Assembly: GCF_009914755.1 (NCBI RefSeq)
Contig: NC_060942.1
Strand: one strand, 5' to 3'
DNA: 64,000 nt
Origin: the human T2T-CHM13v2.0 reference genome, Homo sapiens
Both the position numbers and the translations under genes were made by a program. Below the pieces are notes generated by a model that did no database searches, was not told where the DNA came from, and saw nothing but the letters and a program-made list of their open reading frames with translations. Each line of letters opens with the position of its first letter. Position 1 is the stretch's first letter. Positions 62,801 to 64,000 of this stretch are shown here, one piece after another.

Positions 62801-64000
62801 AGAGAGCAGTTTTGAAACACTCTTTCTGTGGAATCTGCAAGTGGATATTTGGCTGGCTTTGAGGATTTCGTTGGAAACGGGAATACATATAAAAAGCAGA
62901 CAGCAGCGTTCTGAGAAACTTCTTGGTGATGTTTGCATTCAAGTCACAGAATTGAACATTCCCTTTGATAGAACAGGTTTGAAACACTCCTTTTCTCATA
63001 TCTGGAAGTGTCCATTCGGAGCGCATTCAGGCTTGTGTTGAAAAAGGATATATCTTCCCATAACAACTAGACAGAAGCATTCTCAGAAACTAGATTCTGA
63101 TGTGTGTCCTCAACTAACACAGTTGAACATTTCTTTAGACAGAACAGTTTTGAAACACTCTTTTTGTGGAATTTGCAAGTGGATATTTGGCTAGATTTGA
63201 GCATTTCGTTGGAAACGGGATTACATATAAAAAGCAGACAGCGGCATTCTCAGAAAGTTCTTTGTGATGATTGCATTCAAGTCACAGAATTGAACATTCC
63301 CTTTCACAGAGCAGATTTGAAACACTCTTTTTGTAGTGTGTGTAAGTGGACATTTGGAGCGCTTTCCGGCCTAAGGTGAAAAAGGAAATATCTTCCCATA
63401 AAAACTAGACAGAAGCATTCTCAGAAACTTACTCGTGATGTGTGTACTCAAGTAAAGGAGTAGAAACTTTCTTTTCATAGAGAAGTTTTGAAACGCTCTT
63501 TTTGTGGAATCTGCAAGTGGATATTTGGCTAGTTTTGAGGATTTCGTTGGAAGCGGGAATTCATACAAATTGCAGACTGCAGCGTTCTGAGAAACATCTT
63601 TGTGATGTTTGTATTCAGGACACAGAGTTGAACATTCCCTATCATAGAGCAGGTTGGAATCACTCCTTTTGTAGTATCTGGAAGTGGACATTTGGAGCGC
63701 TTTCAGGCCTATGTTGGAAAAGGAAATATCTTCCCATAACAAATAGACAGAAGCATTCTCAGAAACTTATTTGAGATGTGTGTACTCAACTAAGAGAATT
63801 GAACCACCGTTTTGAAGGAGCAGTTTTGAAACACTCTTTTTCTGGAATCTGCAAGTGGATATCTGGCTAGCTTTGGGGATTTCGCTGGAAGCGGGAATAC
63901 ATATAAAAAGCACACAGCAGCGTTCTGAGAAACTTCTTTCTGATGTTCGCATTCAAGTCAAAAGTTGAACACTCCCTTTCATAGAGCAGTCTTGAAACTC
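59856..64000 (+). repeat. 21-mer HOR (59856-63415) plus partial unit (63416-64000)
   Basis: The 3560 bp unit has its hybrid monomer at 61209. The window ends inside m4 of the next unit. Confidence 0.94.

Larger units (their letters stand above)
1..64000 (+). repeat. Centromeric alpha-satellite higher-order-repeat array (~377 monomers, dimeric SF2 type)
   Basis: Tandem 165-171 bp monomers begin CATTCTCAGAAAC or CGTTCTGAGAAAC (starts at 1, 168, 339, 504, 674, 841, 1012, 1183, 1354, 1525, 1696, 1863, 2034...). They carry alphoid consensus blocks (TTTGAAACACTCTTTTTGT, GGAATCTGCAAGTGGATATTTGG, GGAAATATCTTCCCATAAAAACTAGACAGAAG) and alternate CENP-B-box and pJalpha-box monomers. Confidence 0.99.

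Noticed and set aside
87-63952. Hundreds of 61-138 aa ORFs on both strands (e.g. MWNLQVDIW..., MQISSCRFY..., MFQTCSTKG...)
   Set aside because: They are translations of alpha-satellite monomers. They overlap in several frames and on both strands, recur with the HOR period, are opened and closed by random SNVs and indels, and show no recognisable domain.
1-64000. Conserved short motifs separated by variable sequence, superficially like a CRISPR or other repeat-spacer array
   Set aside because: The 'spacers' are homologous parts of 171 bp monomers rather than unique sequences. There are no cas genes and no leader.
1-64000. Possible L1/Alu/LTR insertion, inversion or unique island
   Set aside because: None was seen on reading through. 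HOR unit lengths add up to the whole window, and all monomers have the same orientation.
1-64000. Possibility that this is a computationally modelled centromere (GRCh38-style Markov reference model)
   Set aside because: Rare variants stay linked over 7-37 kb at exact offsets, which short-range models would not be expected to generate. A long-read assembly is more likely, though provenance cannot be proven from sequence alone.

Overview
The whole 64 kb is one uninterrupted, head-to-tail array of primate centromeric alpha satellite. It has about 377 monomers of 165-171 bp, all on one strand, with no inversions, transposon insertions or genes. Monomers alternate between a CENP-B-box type and a pJalpha-box type, which is dimeric suprachromosomal family 2 organisation. 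Diagnostic motifs and the ~0.68/1.36 kb EcoRI spacing point to human chromosome 18 D18Z1 (S2C18H1L); this assignment is from recall, not a database search. The repeat unit here is not the plain 12-mer. It is a composite 20-mer (12-mer m1-m12 plus an 8-mer m13-m20 with four distinct monomers) and, mostly, an odd-numbered 21-mer with an extra chimeric m9/m8 monomer. HOR order from position 1 is 20,21,21,20,12,21,20,21,21,21,21,21,8,21,21,8,21,21,13,21,(partial). Shared rare variants show nested super-repeats (7124, 8480, 8982 and ~35-37 kb offsets), haplotype-specific CENP-B box losses and probable short gene-conversion tracts. All six-frame ORFs are judged artefacts of the repeat. I found no protein-coding or RNA-gene system; the interest is in the repeat architecture.
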